Assembly: GCA_002269645.1 (NCBI GenBank)
Contig: NIVC01003187.1
Coordinates: 1 to 64,000 of the forward strand
Length of the DNA stretch: 64,000 nucleotides
Direction: 5' to 3'
Origin: Macrostomum lignano
Taxonomy: Eukaryota
Shown piece after piece: positions 50,301 to 61,050 of this stretch (position 1 is its first letter; each line of letters opens with the position of its first letter). Below the pieces are notes generated by a model that saw only the letters and a program-made list of their open reading frames with translations, was not told the DNA's origin and did no database searches. A program made the position numbers and the translations under genes.

Positions 50301-52926
50301 TTCTCCCATTGAATCTGCCTCTCTGCTCCCATTGAATCTGCCTCTCTGCTCCCATTGAATCTGCCTCTCTGCTCCCATTGAATCTGCCTCTCTGCTCCCA
50401 TTGAATCTGCCTCTCTTCTCCCATTGAATCTGCTTCTCTGCTCCCATTGAATCTGCCTCTCTGCTCCCATTGAATCTGCCTCTCTGCTCCCATTGAATCT
50501 GCCTCTCTGCTCCCATTGAATCTGCCTCTCTGCTCCCATTGAATCTGCCTCTCTTCTCCCATTGAATCTGCCTCTCTGCTCCCATTGAATCTGCCTCTCT
50601 GCTCCCATTGAATCTGCCTCTCTGCTCCCATTGAATCTGCCTCTCTGCTCCCATTGAATCTGCCTCTCTGCTCCCATTGAATCTGCTTCTCTGCTCCCAT
50701 TGAATCTGCCTCTCTGCTCCCATTGAATCTGCTTCTCTGCTCCCATTAAATCTGCCTCTCTGCTCCCATTGAATCTGCTTCTCTGCTCCCATTGAATCTG
50801 CCTCTCTGCTCCCATTGAATCTGCCTCTCTGCTCCCATTGAATCTGCCTCTCTGCTCCCATTGAATCTGCTTCTCTGCTCCCATTGAATCTGCCTCTCTG
50901 CTCCCATTGAATCTGCCTCTCTGCTCCCATTGAATCTGCCTCTCTGCTCCCATTGAATCCGCCTCTCTTCCTCTCTGGAGTGTGCCGTTGGTAAATGGAT
51001 TTCATTTACTAGACAGCCAGGCCACTACCCCTATTCGGTAGTACTTTACCAGCTAATAGCGAGCTCATTCAGAGCCATCTGCTTTAGCAGCAGCAGCAGA
51101 AAATAGCCATTAAAATCTTGCAGCGGCCCAACTCCAATGCCACTTTGGACCGTCGAGCCAGCGTCCCTCTGCAGAAACAGCAGCCCCAGCAGCCCCAGCA
51201 GCAGCCATCGTCCTCTTTGCAAAAGCAGATTTCAGCGGAACAGCATCAGCCGTCGTCAGCTGCTGATGGCATCGTTCGCGAGTCGGACAGCAATGACATC
51301 CTGCCGCAGCAGGGCATCGCCAAGGCTCTGCTGAGCGTTTGGCGAGATAAGGAGCTGCAGAAGCAGCAGACTCAACAGCAGGAGCAGCAATTGCTTCAGA
51401 GGAAGCGACAATCTCTTGCATCATTCGAGCGCTCGCCGTCTTCGTCCTCGCTGTCCTCGGCAGCGGGGGCTCGGCGACAGTCTTCGTACAGCCAGGCGAG
51501 CGGGCCGCCGTCTCCCAGGAGGGCGGAGGTACCGGCGGCAATGTAGAATATCTCAGAGACAAAATCACCCGCAGTTCACTGGGCCACGCTAATCTAATAA
51601 TTACCCAAATGGATTGCTAGTCGGAGCCTTCATCATTTCCTGTTTGAAAACAGCACAAATCCTTGGCTAATTGTTTTACAGTTTGATTTAAATCACGCCT
51701 ACTAGATTAGCAATCCATTCGAGGACAGCTAATGATTGCCAGCCAGTAGAAGCGAATGATTCACAAACACTCAAGTGAACTAGATGCTGCTCAATAATGA
51801 TTGCAATGCGGTATTGCAAAGCTTGCACCTGCTTAAGCCTCAGTAAAACAAGATTATAATTTATTTTCAGCACTGATTTTAGTCACCGATATCAGTTACC
51901 ATGAGCTCAAGTTTTTGTTATTAAATTTCTTTGAAGTTTGAAGAAGCTCAATGATTGCAGAGTTGCTCTGAAAAAGTATGCTTTAGTTTGTCACGAATTT
52001 GCACTTTTGTACGTTTGCACTTTTGTATCCTAGGGCTCGGGCACTACGCGTAAATGTACGAGGTAATAATCAGTAAAAAAACTATAAAATTATAAAGTTT
52101 TAGTGTCTAATAACAACAGAGTGATCAGACTCGAAGTAATGAAAGGGAAAGAGCGCATATTTTCAATAAGCAGTCAAACTCTTTAAGTTGCAACTACAAT
52201 TCGTGTGCACTGTAAATGTACATGCGCACTGTTAAAAGTACATGCACATGTTAAAAGTACACGTGCGCTATTAAAGTACTGCGCACTATTTAAGTACGTG
52301 CGCACTATTAGAGTACGTGAGCACTATTAGAGTACGCGCGCACTATTGAAGTAAATGCGCACTATTAAAGTACTGAGCGCCCGCTCGCCGTCCCACTCCA
52401 GGCCGTCGCCCCGACCCAGCGCCGACCCTACCAGCCGCAGCCCAACATGGACTTTGACTACACCGCCCCGGTGCGCAGTGCCGCCGAATCTGAGTCCAGC
52501 CCGGTTGAGCGGCCGCCGGACGTTGTCCGGTCAGGCGATCCAAATCCGGCCGATGAGCTGCCGCCGGCCAACTTCACCCGCTCGGCGCTGCAGATGTGGA
52601 AGAACAAGGAGGTGGAAGGCGGCAAGGTTGCGCCAAATCCCGAGACCTCCGAGCGGCTCCGACAGCGCGCCCGCGAGACCTCCGGGGTCAACAACAACAT
52701 CCGATTGCCGGGGGCCGCCTCCGTTGGTGTCTCCGGCTCCCGTGATTCCGACGACGCTGAGAGGCCGTCGTCGCCGCAGCCGCAGCCGCGCGACGAATCG
52801 TCGGAGAACGAACCGTCGGTGCCGCCAGCAGACGTGGCTCGCTGGGGCGCCGGCGACGGCAACGACGAAATGCCGAAACAGGGCATCACGCAGAATCTGC
52901 GCTCGATGTTCAGCGGCGGCCAGTAG
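36599..52926 (+). CDS. LIM-domain, LIMA1(EPLIN)/XIRP2-like cytoskeletal protein; exons 36599-36658, 36812-36877, 38795-38924, 42558-42865, 46455-46579, 46892-46965, 47045-47089, 47172-47260, 48458-48631, 49006-49239, 51124-51528, 52402-52926 (about 744 aa)
   Basis: All junctions are AG/GT with matching phases; total 2235 nt is divisible by 3. The LIM domain is clear. Joining the acidic 5' exons (to 42865) to the LIM exons rests on phase compatibility only. Confidence 0.7.
38087..38323. mobile_element. MITE of the same family as 24139-24394 (opposite orientation)
   Basis: GGGGCATCACAAACCCGAAA ... GGTTTATGATGGCGACCCC, with 17-bp TCACAGACCCGAAATA subrepeats. The reverse complement shares GGGGTCGC...AAAGCACTTCC...AACCCGAAA with 24139. 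No clear TSD. Confidence 0.65.
39005..39240. repeat. Purine-rich 20-23-bp repeat GAGTAGACAGCGGAGAGGAG
   Basis: Read directly. Confidence 0.85.
39885..39985. mobile_element. Partial hAT (Charlie/Chap-like) MITE right end
   Basis: CGCGGGCCGGAGTTTGCCGACCCC(C)nTG resembles the reverse complement of CAGGGGTCGGCAAAC...GGCCCGCG; no left end found. Confidence 0.4.
40573..41325. repeat. (TCTA)n tracts flanking two 102-bp direct copies (40739-40840, 41012-41113); Helentron/HINE-like
   Basis: Exact duplication containing GCTCGCTTCGCTCGC and an AGCTC-GAAA-GAGCT hairpin, each running into TCTA. Confidence 0.7.
41960..42385. repeat. 32-33-bp minisatellite CTATTATGATCGGTCATTGGAATTCCCCTGTAG
   Basis: Read directly. 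Confidence 0.92.
42970..43285. repeat. About 70-bp tandem repeat x about 4.3 (CTCATTGGCTGGTGCTGGGTGTACACTGTCTCGCCCTTTTGAACTG...)
   Basis: Read directly. Confidence 0.92.
44654..45073. mobile_element. 420-bp TIR element; partial inverted copy at 58611-58868
   Basis: 20-bp TIR TAACTAGATGGGCCACTCAG / CTGAGTGGCCCATCTAGTTA; 58611-58868 is a diverged reverse complement of 44660-44930. Confidence 0.8.
46455..47089 (+). CDS. LIM domain exons (CRLCQKKVYPME...YHKSCYRCHKCNRLLSVGNF...LYCQPHYLEIFRMRGHY)
   Basis: C-x2-C...H-x2-C-x2-C-x2-C...C-x2-H spacing across three exons; VYPME and LYC.PH are typical of EPLIN/XIRP2/MICAL-type LIMs. Confidence 0.95.
46590..46802. repeat. 21-bp minisatellite TTACAGGTCTGACAGAATGAG inside the LIM-splitting intron
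   Basis: Read directly. Confidence 0.92.
47868..48100. repeat. About 80-bp tandem repeat x3 (CTAGGGGGCAGGCCCAATCTAGCTCAGCCAATGAG...)
   Basis: Read directly. Confidence 0.85.
49322..49675. repeat. 23-bp minisatellite GTAGACTCAATTCAGTTTAYTGA
   Basis: Read directly. Confidence 0.93.
49985..50965. repeat. About 21-bp minisatellite CCCATTGAATCTGCCTCTCTGCT (about 45 units)
   Basis: Read directly; the 49970-51005 ORFs are repeat translations. Confidence 0.96.
52200..52372. repeat. Degenerate about 19-bp repeat GCGCACTATTAAAGTAC
   Basis: Read directly; lies just before the last LIM-gene acceptor. Confidence 0.8.
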
Positions 52927-53511
52927 TAGACTCGCGTACTTTTAGCATGTACTTTTCGACGTTTCTTAAGATATAGACTACTAAAGTGCATATGTACTCT
53001 AGGAAGTTGTGCGCACTCTAACAGTGTACGCTATCAAAGCAACCCCGCCCCATTCCCAATTAAAAACTCCGTTAAGCACCAATAAAAATGGAATGGACTT
53101 TTTTATTTTGCTTTTTTGTAACTTTTTTCTTAACAATATTTTTATAAGCGAGCTCGTCAGGCCTCCCAACGCTGAACACAACGATTTTGATCTTGCTTTG
53201 CTGCATAACTCGATAATTTGCTACTCTGTTCACACTAAGCCTATGAGCTGCTATTGCTTCTGTACTCTTGTAATTTGATTTAATTCGAATGTGCTTAGCA
53301 AGCTCGCTTATCTTGGTTAGCTGGATCCCACCGATTCATTCCCACATTTTAACCGCGGTTTTTTATAAAATATAATACACAAATATTTTTCCTTCTTTTC
53401 AAAATTTCCTCTTTTGTTGCGTTCCATCGGCTTTTTGTATGCTAGCCTTTATTAGCTACTGAGCACAATAGTAGTATGTATTGTATTTTATTGCGTCGAA
53501 TTTGCACTCCA

Positions 53512-53770
53512 ATGCGCGCATTGGTAAAGTGCGCGCCTATATAAGCGCCCATCGATAAAAGTGCGCACCTATATAAGCGCGCATTGGTAAAGTGCGCACC
53601 TATATAAGGGCGCATTGATAAAAGTGCGCACCTATATAAGCGCGCATTGGTAAAGTGCGCACCTATATAAGCGCGCATCGATAAAAGTGTGCACCTATAT
53701 AAGCGCGCATTGGTAAAGTGCGCTTCTATATAAGCGCGCATTGATAAAAGTGCGCATCTATATAAGCGCG
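53512..53770. repeat. 31/32-bp repeat GCGCATTGGTAAAGTGCGCACCTATATAAGC x8
   Basis: Read directly; followed by (TG)n at 53787-53817. Confidence 0.93.
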
Positions 53771-53785
53771 CTTTGCAAATCCTGC

Positions 53786-53820
<35 letters not shown>

Positions 53821-54171
53821 GTTTTTAAAAGCCTGATTCCTATTGTTATTCCATCTCCATATATAATGATATTCCTATTGGTTCCTGTTATTATAAAGTA
53901 ATTGATATTTATAAATTCCGAAAATTATTTACCGATATGATAATTGAACCCAGTGTACTCGCTTATGCCTTGTTTTCGATATGCTACGGTACTGTAGTGA
54001 GTGGAAGTATTAACATTGTAGCCAGTTAGCGTTAACTGATTGTCCAATAAAATCGGTTGAAACTGTTGATTTTTTAATGAGATACCCTGCCACCGGCTCC
54101 AACACAGTGGGGAGAGTAATGCGCTGCAAACTGTTGATTGTAACTGACTTAGCATTTGTTCTTTGTGTGAT

Positions 54172-55332
54172 TCAGTGGCTGGAAACCATGTGGGTTGTAG
54201 CTGGAAACCATGTGGGTTGTAAGCTGGAAACCATGTGGGTTGTAAGCTGGAAACCATGCGGTATGTAACTGGCCACCATGTGGATTGTAGTTGGCACCAT
54301 GTGGGTTGTAGCTGGAAACCATGTGGTATGTAACTGGCCACCATGTGGATTGTAGTTGGCACCATGTGGGTTGTAAGCTGGAAACCATGTGGGTTGTAAG
54401 CTGGAAACCATGTGGGTTGTAGCTGGAAACCATGTGGGTTGTAGATGGAAACCATGTGGGTTGTAAGCTGGAAACCATGTGGGTTGTAGCAGGAAGGCAC
54501 GTGGATTGTAGCTGGAAACCATGTGGGTTGTAGCTGGAAACCATTTGGATTGTAGCTGGATACCATGTGGGTTGTAAGCTGGAAACCATTTGGATTGTAG
54601 CTGGATACCATGTGGGTTGTAAGCTGGAAACCATTTGGATTGTAGCTGGATACCATGTGGGTTGTAAGCTGGAAACCATTTGGATTGTAGCTGGATACCA
54701 TGTGGGTTGTAAGCTGGAAACCATTTGGATTGTAGCTGGAAACCATGTGGGTTGTAAGTTGGAAACCATGTGGGTTTTAGCTGGAAACCATGTGGGTTGT
54801 AAGTTGGAAACCATGTGGGTTGTAAGTTGGAAACCATGTAGGTTTTAGCTGGAAACCATGTGGGTTGTAAGTTGGAAACCATGTGGGTTGTAGCTGGAAA
54901 CCATGTGGTTTGTAGCTGGAAACCATGTAGGTTTTAGCTGGAAACCATGTGGGTTGTAAGTTGGAAACCATGTGGGTTGTAGCTGGAAACCATGTGGGTT
55001 GTAGCTGGAAACCATGTGGGTTGTAGCTGGAAACCATGTGGGTTGTAAGTTGGAAACCATGTGGGTTGTAGCAGGAAGGCACGTGGATTGTAGCTGGAAA
55101 CCATGTGGGTTGTAAGCTGGAAACCATGTGGGTTGTAGCTGGAAACCATTTGGATTGTAGCAGGAAGGCACGTGGATTGTAGCAGGAAGGCACGTGGATT
55201 GTAGCTGGAAACCATGTGGGTTGTAGCTGGAAACCATTTGGATTGTAGCTGGATACCATGTGGGTTGTAGCTGGAAACCATGTGGGTTGTAGCTGGAAAC
55301 CATGTGGTTTGTAGCTGGAAACCATGTGGATT
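54172..55332. repeat. 23/24-bp minisatellite GCTGGAAACCATGTGGGTTGTA(A)
   Basis: Read directly; all ORFs at 53925-55369 are repeat translations. Confidence 0.96.
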
Positions 55333-56111
55333 GTTCATCTAGCTCGTACAATATATCGAAATGAATCATGGTGACTTTCCAGTTAAAATTAGACTAAGTA
55401 GGTTTGAAATTTTCTGCATATTTAAACATTCAAGCTGTGGTTTCGCTTTTAGTGGATGTTTTGAATGTCTAATTTTATATTCAACAGTTGGTAATGGGTA
55501 CCGCACAGTTACTGCAGTTAAACTCTTGTTAAATGCTTGCAGTCGGTTTGAAAAACCTTTATCATTTAACTTCAGCTTGGGGGGGATGTCTGCATAGAAC
55601 GCATGCAGCTGCTTGTTCCTCAAATGCGCAGAATTACACCATAAGGCAGATTGGAGCAGGATGTGAAGGTTAAAAATATCTCCCCTGCCCCCAGTTTTTC
55701 CCCAAATCCCCTCTCCATATATGGAAAGGAGCTGTGGGATGGATAGAAGCCTACAGGACGAGTCCTGTTTCTCTCCCGCTTCCCGGTTCTCCTTTTTCCT
55801 TCCCTCCCTTGTAGTTTCCTTCCCTCCCTGCAGAGATTCTGAGTACACCGGCTGAGTACTCCAGTGTACTCACAGGATGCCTCAGCGGTCGATAATTGCA
55901 GCCTCAGTCTGGCTTAGTTAGTCTCGCCTCTTCTCTGCAGTTTTGAGCGTCTCCATGGCAACTGCGCAGAGAGGCTGTGGTGGATGGACGGGAGAGGAAC
56001 GTTGAGGATGGATTATCGATCCGAGTCTCAGTGCACTGGCCAAGCCAGATAAATCCCCAACCAGTTGGCATTCGCAGCCCTCTCCTTCCTCACTGCGAGA
56101 AACACTCAACC

Positions 56112-57914
56112 ATGCAGTCTCCGCGCTTCATCAATAACAGCCGCTCCCAGCTGGTGCTGGCCCTGCTGCTCCTGGCGACCGCCCTGCCGGCCCCGGCCGC
56201 TGCCTCCGGCGGCTACGCCGACTACCTGGCCAGCATCGAGAAGCGGAACCAGCGCCTTCATGACGACTACCTGGGCAGCCTGGCCGATGGACAGCGCAGC
56301 TTCCTGGACGATCTGAACGGCCATGTGGCCGACCTGCAGGCCCGGCACTACGTCAGCGACTCCGCCTACCCGGCCGGCTTCGACGCCGACCGCTACTGGT
56401 CGGAGCTGCTCGAGCGGACCGCCCAGGCTGCCGATGCCCAGCGGGCTGCTCGCAGCGGCCTCGGTGAACTCGACGACGACCGCCTAGTTGACGACTCCGA
56501 CATCGTTGTCGGCGGCGGCGGCCCGGCCCGGCGCGAGGAGGAGCCGTTCCTCAACCGGATCTGGGGCGCGCAGAAGGTCAGCGGCGGCGCCGGCGAGCCC
56601 GGCCAGGTGACGGGCCCGGAGGACCGGCCGCAGCCGGCCAAGGTGATGAGCGACACCCTGCCGAGCTACTGTAACCCGCCCAACCCCTGCCCGGTGGGCG
56701 CCGACCCCACCAAGCTGACCGCCCCCTGCGACAGCCACGTCAGCGACACTGCCGAGTACAACCGGAACGACGCCCTGACGAAGATGGCCGCCGGGCAGTG
56801 CCCCTGCGACAACGAGCACATGGAGTGCCCAGCTGGCAGCGTTGGCATCAATTCCAAGAAAGCCTCGCAGGTAAACATCTGACTCCCAAATTTCAGATTA
56901 CAATATTTATCTTTCATACCAGCTGAAGATAAATTCCTATTCTCAATATGCTACAGATGGGCGGTCACCTCAATCCGTTCCTGCTTGGCAACAAGCGGGA
57001 CAAGCTGGATGCCAAGAAGTCGCCACGGTACTCCATAAGCAAGCGCGGCGTGCGGGCTAAATTTCAGAGCCGAGTGGTGCGTTGAGATGGGAAGGGGAAG
57101 GGGAGAGGGCTTTGATGATCTAAATCTTAACTTTAGACGGTAAAAAAATTATAGTCTGGTGCTGGCGGGATGGTTTGGCCATAGACTATAAAATTACCAT
57201 AGACTAAAAATACCCATAGACTATTGGTTTTTGCGAGCTATCTCAGCCAAGGAGCAAGCAAACTCATCCATCCCATAGATTTCAATACGACGAAGGAGGT
57301 GGTTTGAACCATAGACTATCACGTTTTTTCAACCAAACTCATCCAACGGGCGAGCAATCTCAGCCATAGCTTGTCTGCCCATTCATTTCCTTTTCCCTTC
57401 TTTCTTTCCTCCTCCTCCGATGGCTCAGTTGCGACGAACCAATTAAATTTTTCGCTTAATAAACAAGCTATGGCTGAGATTGCTCGCCCGTTGGATGAGT
57501 TTGGTTGAAAAAACGTGATAGTCTATGGTTCAAACCACCTCCTTCGTCGTATTGAAATCTATGGGATGGATGAGTTTGCTTGCTCCTTGGCTGAGTTAGC
57601 TCGCAAAAACCAATAGTCTATGGGTATTTTATAGTCTATGGTAATTTTATAGTCTATGGCCATTTTATTGTCTATGGCTATTTTAAAGTCTATAACCAAA
57701 CCGTTCCAACATCAACGCTGCGTTTTTTTTGCATGAGACGAGTTTCAGTTTGATCATCAACAAGCGGGAGAGCTGTCTAAATAATGTCTGCTTGCACAAC
57801 CCCACCCCGCAGATGGAGAAGAAGAACCCCTGGCTTGATGGCGTGGACGCCCTTGACACCGTCGAGAAGAAAGCCGGGCGCCACGTCTACCTGGAGGAGC
57901 CGCTGGTGGAGTGA
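56112..57914 (+). CDS. SCG5: Neuroendocrine protein 7B2 (PC2 chaperone/inhibitor); exons 56112-56870, 56957-57076, 57813-57914 (about 326 aa)
   Basis: Signal peptide; WGAQKVSGGAGE, LPSYCNPPNPCPVG and QCPCDNEHMECP are diagnostic 7B2 motifs; two C-terminal NP(F/W)L..G......KK motifs; all junctions phase 0. Confidence 0.93.
57178..57661. mobile_element. Fold-back palindrome in 7B2 intron 2 (about 197-bp arms, 88-bp spacer)
   Basis: 57178-57374 vs 57463-57661 are near-perfect reverse complements with CCATAGACT subrepeats. Outer GGATGGTTTGG / CCAAACCGTTCC extend the element to about 57168-57707. Confidence 0.9.
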
Positions 57915-59569
57915 CTCTCTCCGAGTGACTCTATCCTCGCACGAAGCTAAAAGCATCATCAATGCAGCTCACCCGGAGAGCAATTATCCTGGAATTATCC
58001 AAAACTTTATTACGAGTACTATTTTTGATGCAAAGCTATTTAAAAGATCTCTGAGTATTTTTAAAAAAGACGCGAACTAACATCGAAACAGCGCTAGCAA
58101 ATAATACAACCGGGTCTGCTAAAATTCTCTCCAAAGAAAATATTAACAAGCAAAATTTAACAGCCTTTTTCTCGATTTTTCTCTGTGCAGCCCGAAGCAT
58201 TCAGCAATTTTTTTTCGATTTTCCCTGCCGCCTTCGTGATTTCTATTTCTTGGAAAATTGTGTTTGAACCCAGGTGTTCAGGGAAATCCCTACAAATCAA
58301 AGTGAGGCTCAAAGACGCCGGTCCCGAGACAAAAACTGCTGGTCCCGTCTGGTCTGTGAAGGCTTTTTCAAGATAATTGGCCTAGCTACGGCCGTGACAC
58401 GTGTTGAGCTGCTTCGACGAAAAGTGACCAATTTTTCGAAAATAATTGCGTCTTTCTCTGCATCACCTGATCCAGTCCAGCAGCCATTTCAATAGCCTCA
58501 CCTGGTGCCACAATTCTAAGCCCAATAGTTGTTGTTGTTAAACAGGGTGGGAAGCCGGGGGCTACCCGCGGATCAGCCCTGAGAGGGGCTCTGCCGCTGA
58601 GGGGCACTAGGCGTAAACAACTTGCTAATTGGTTCAACAATAATGTACATTAGCCAGTCCACTGAAATGTACATGGCAGCTTTAGGCTAGAATTCCGAGA
58701 AAGACAATAAAAATGGGGCGGGGCGAGAGGGTAGTGTGGAAAGGCGTGGTTGGAGAGTTTAAGCTGGGTGGTAAGAGCCTTGGCTTTAAAAATACATTAA
58801 AATGCTTCAGTTTAACTTGCTACTGAACTGAAAGTAGCTTACACGCAAATGTGTTGAGTGGCCCATCCAGGTAATTCTAGTATCTGCGTCTAGAACTGAC
58901 ATCCAGTTTGCAAAGTGATTTCTAAAGTTTCTTCAACAGAAAATTGACTTGGCGCTGCTTGAATAGAAATCCATGAGGAGCGATTCCTGGAACCAGCAGA
59001 TGTCAGATTGACTTGTTGACGTCAACAGTTTGTTGCCACTGTTCTAGGGATAATCTCGTTGGCCAGATGGTAGTCCCTAATCCACATTAGTGGCAGCTGC
59101 TGGTGAGCATCGCATTGGCCTTACAGACTGGAATTTACCTCTCGATTTCTGCATTGCTCGAGATGCGATTGCATCAGAGACAGTCAAATTTATTATTGTA
59201 GCACTAATAAAGCGGAGAGACTCAGCTATTGACATGCAGTTTGAGTCGAATGAGTGGTCTGGGCCTGAATGTCGCTCCCGTTATCGCGGCGTCCTCCGAC
59301 TATTCTGCCTCGCCACATTGAGTCTTGGAAACAGTGGGTGGCCCCCTAAGTCTTAGACGAATGTCGTAAACTACAACCTTTGATTAGGCTTATGACTTAT
59401 AGAACTTAAAACTAAGACAGATAACTCAGCGCTAATGCTAACACTATTGTTTTACTTTCTTGCTCTTTTGAGCTACTGGCTAGCAATCAGCGCCCCCCGT
59501 TGGGGAGCAAACAAAGAATGGAGCAAGAAGTTTTGAATACACTATCAAATGCATCTAGCTTCTGACCTC

Positions 59570-59910
59570 TCAGCCTTGACATCTTATCAATTCCCCCCAT
59601 AAGCCTTGACATCTTAGCAATTCCCCCCATAAGCCTTGACATCTTAGCAATTCCCCCCATAAGCCTTGACATCTTAGCAATTCCCCCCATAAGCCTTGAC
59701 ATCTTAGCAATTCCATCCGTAAGCCTTGACATCTTAGCAATTCCCCCTGTAAGCCTTGACATCTTAGCAATTCCCCCTGTAAGCCTTGACATCTTAGCAA
59801 TTCCCCCTGTAAGCCTTGACATCTTAGCAATTCCCCCTGTAAGCCTTGACATCTTAGCAATTCCCCCTGTAAGCCTTGACATCTTATCAACTCCTCCTGT
59901 AAGCCTTGAC
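59570..59910. repeat. 30-bp minisatellite AAGCCTTGACATCTTAGCAATTCCCCCYRT x11
   Basis: Read directly; enclosed by 32-bp direct repeats at about 59446-59477 and 59928-59959. Confidence 0.93.
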
Positions 59911-60664
59911 ACCTGCGAATGTTAACAATTGTTTTACTTTCTTGCTCTTTTGAGCTACTAAATTAGCTATAAGTAAGTATAGCTCATAGTGTAAGTCAGC
60001 ATGTACTTCTGAGATCATATTCTTTATAAATAATTCTGATGCACTGACATCTCAATGCTCGAGAGACACTACTACCTATAGTAAGTAGCATAATAGGGCA
60101 GTGTTCATGGAAAGATCAAGCCCAAAACGTTCCTGAAAACGTGATTCTAACTTTTAGCCTCTTCATTTTCTTCATTTTTTTCTATTTTTAAGTTTTGCTT
60201 CAAAGCCTGAACAAAGCTTTTCTTTACTAATTGGATCCTCAAAGCTTTGTTTGTTGCCGTCCAGCAAAATCCATTAGATAAACAGCAAGGGCAATGTTTT
60301 AATTCTGGCAAGTTCTCTGACAGCTCGTCGAATCTAGGTCGTTTCCGCATCAATTAGCTTAATGTCTAATCAACCTGATAAAAGGGGAGCCAGAAGCTTT
60401 TGTCAGAATTTCCTCGATGCTTTCTTTAGAAGCATAGAGTTCAGTGGTCTCGGTGGCTCCCTGGTCCAGCTAGCATGGGGAGATGAAGAGAGTTCCGCTT
60501 CGAGTCAAGAACTCTAGTAGAAACCTAAAAAAGACTATTTGCAAATTAGTTCGCCACAAATACGAAAAAATTCTGAGCTTGATTGAAGCTGAAGTTTAGG
60601 TAAACTGGGTCCCAGATGTCTATGGCAATACCCCAGGCTTACTAGGTAGTATTAACAGTAGAAC

Positions 60665-61050
60665 TACACCTTTTCCGTTCAAATTCAACAAAACTCACAT
60701 GCTACGAGTATTTCGACAAGCTGACATACAATTTCATCATTCTATATTTAGCTACTTCAACCGTCATTCGAATTCGGCAAGCGGCATTCAATTTCGCAGT
60801 CGGATATTCTATTTTCATAACATAATTGAATGGGAAATCTGCATGCAAAAGCAAGTTTTGTACATAGACAGAATAAACGCCCTCACTATGGTATGAAATA
60901 GAGAATATTCGATTGCCGAACTTGAATGGGTCCTTGCCGAATTCGAATGACGGTTGAAGTAGCTAAATATAGAATGATGGAATTGAATGTCAGCTTGTCG
61001 AAATACTCGTAGCATGTGAGTTTTGTTGAATTTGAACGGGAAAAGGTGTA
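60665..61050. mobile_element. Palindromic MITE with probable TA TSD (Tc1/mariner-like), about 165-bp arms
   Basis: TACACCTTTTCCGTTCAAATTCAAC... / ...GTTGAATTTGAACGGGAAAAGGTGTA; spacer about 60830-60888. Confidence 0.85.

Noticed and set aside
4232-55332. Regular repeat arrays as CRISPR
   Set aside because: The units are head-to-tail with no unique spacers, there are no cas genes, and the context is eukaryotic.
55977-56111. Upstream start of the 301-aa ORF as the 7B2 N-terminus
   Set aside because: It is a non-ATG start; the ATG at 56112 directly begins a signal peptide.
1040-59912. Long ORFs at 1040-1765, 4872-5641, 9245-9887, 24268-24589, 38732-39459, 40385-41351, 49970-51005, 53925-55369, 59487-59912
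   Set aside because: They are stop-free translations of tandem repeats, and several lie in introns defined by splice phases.
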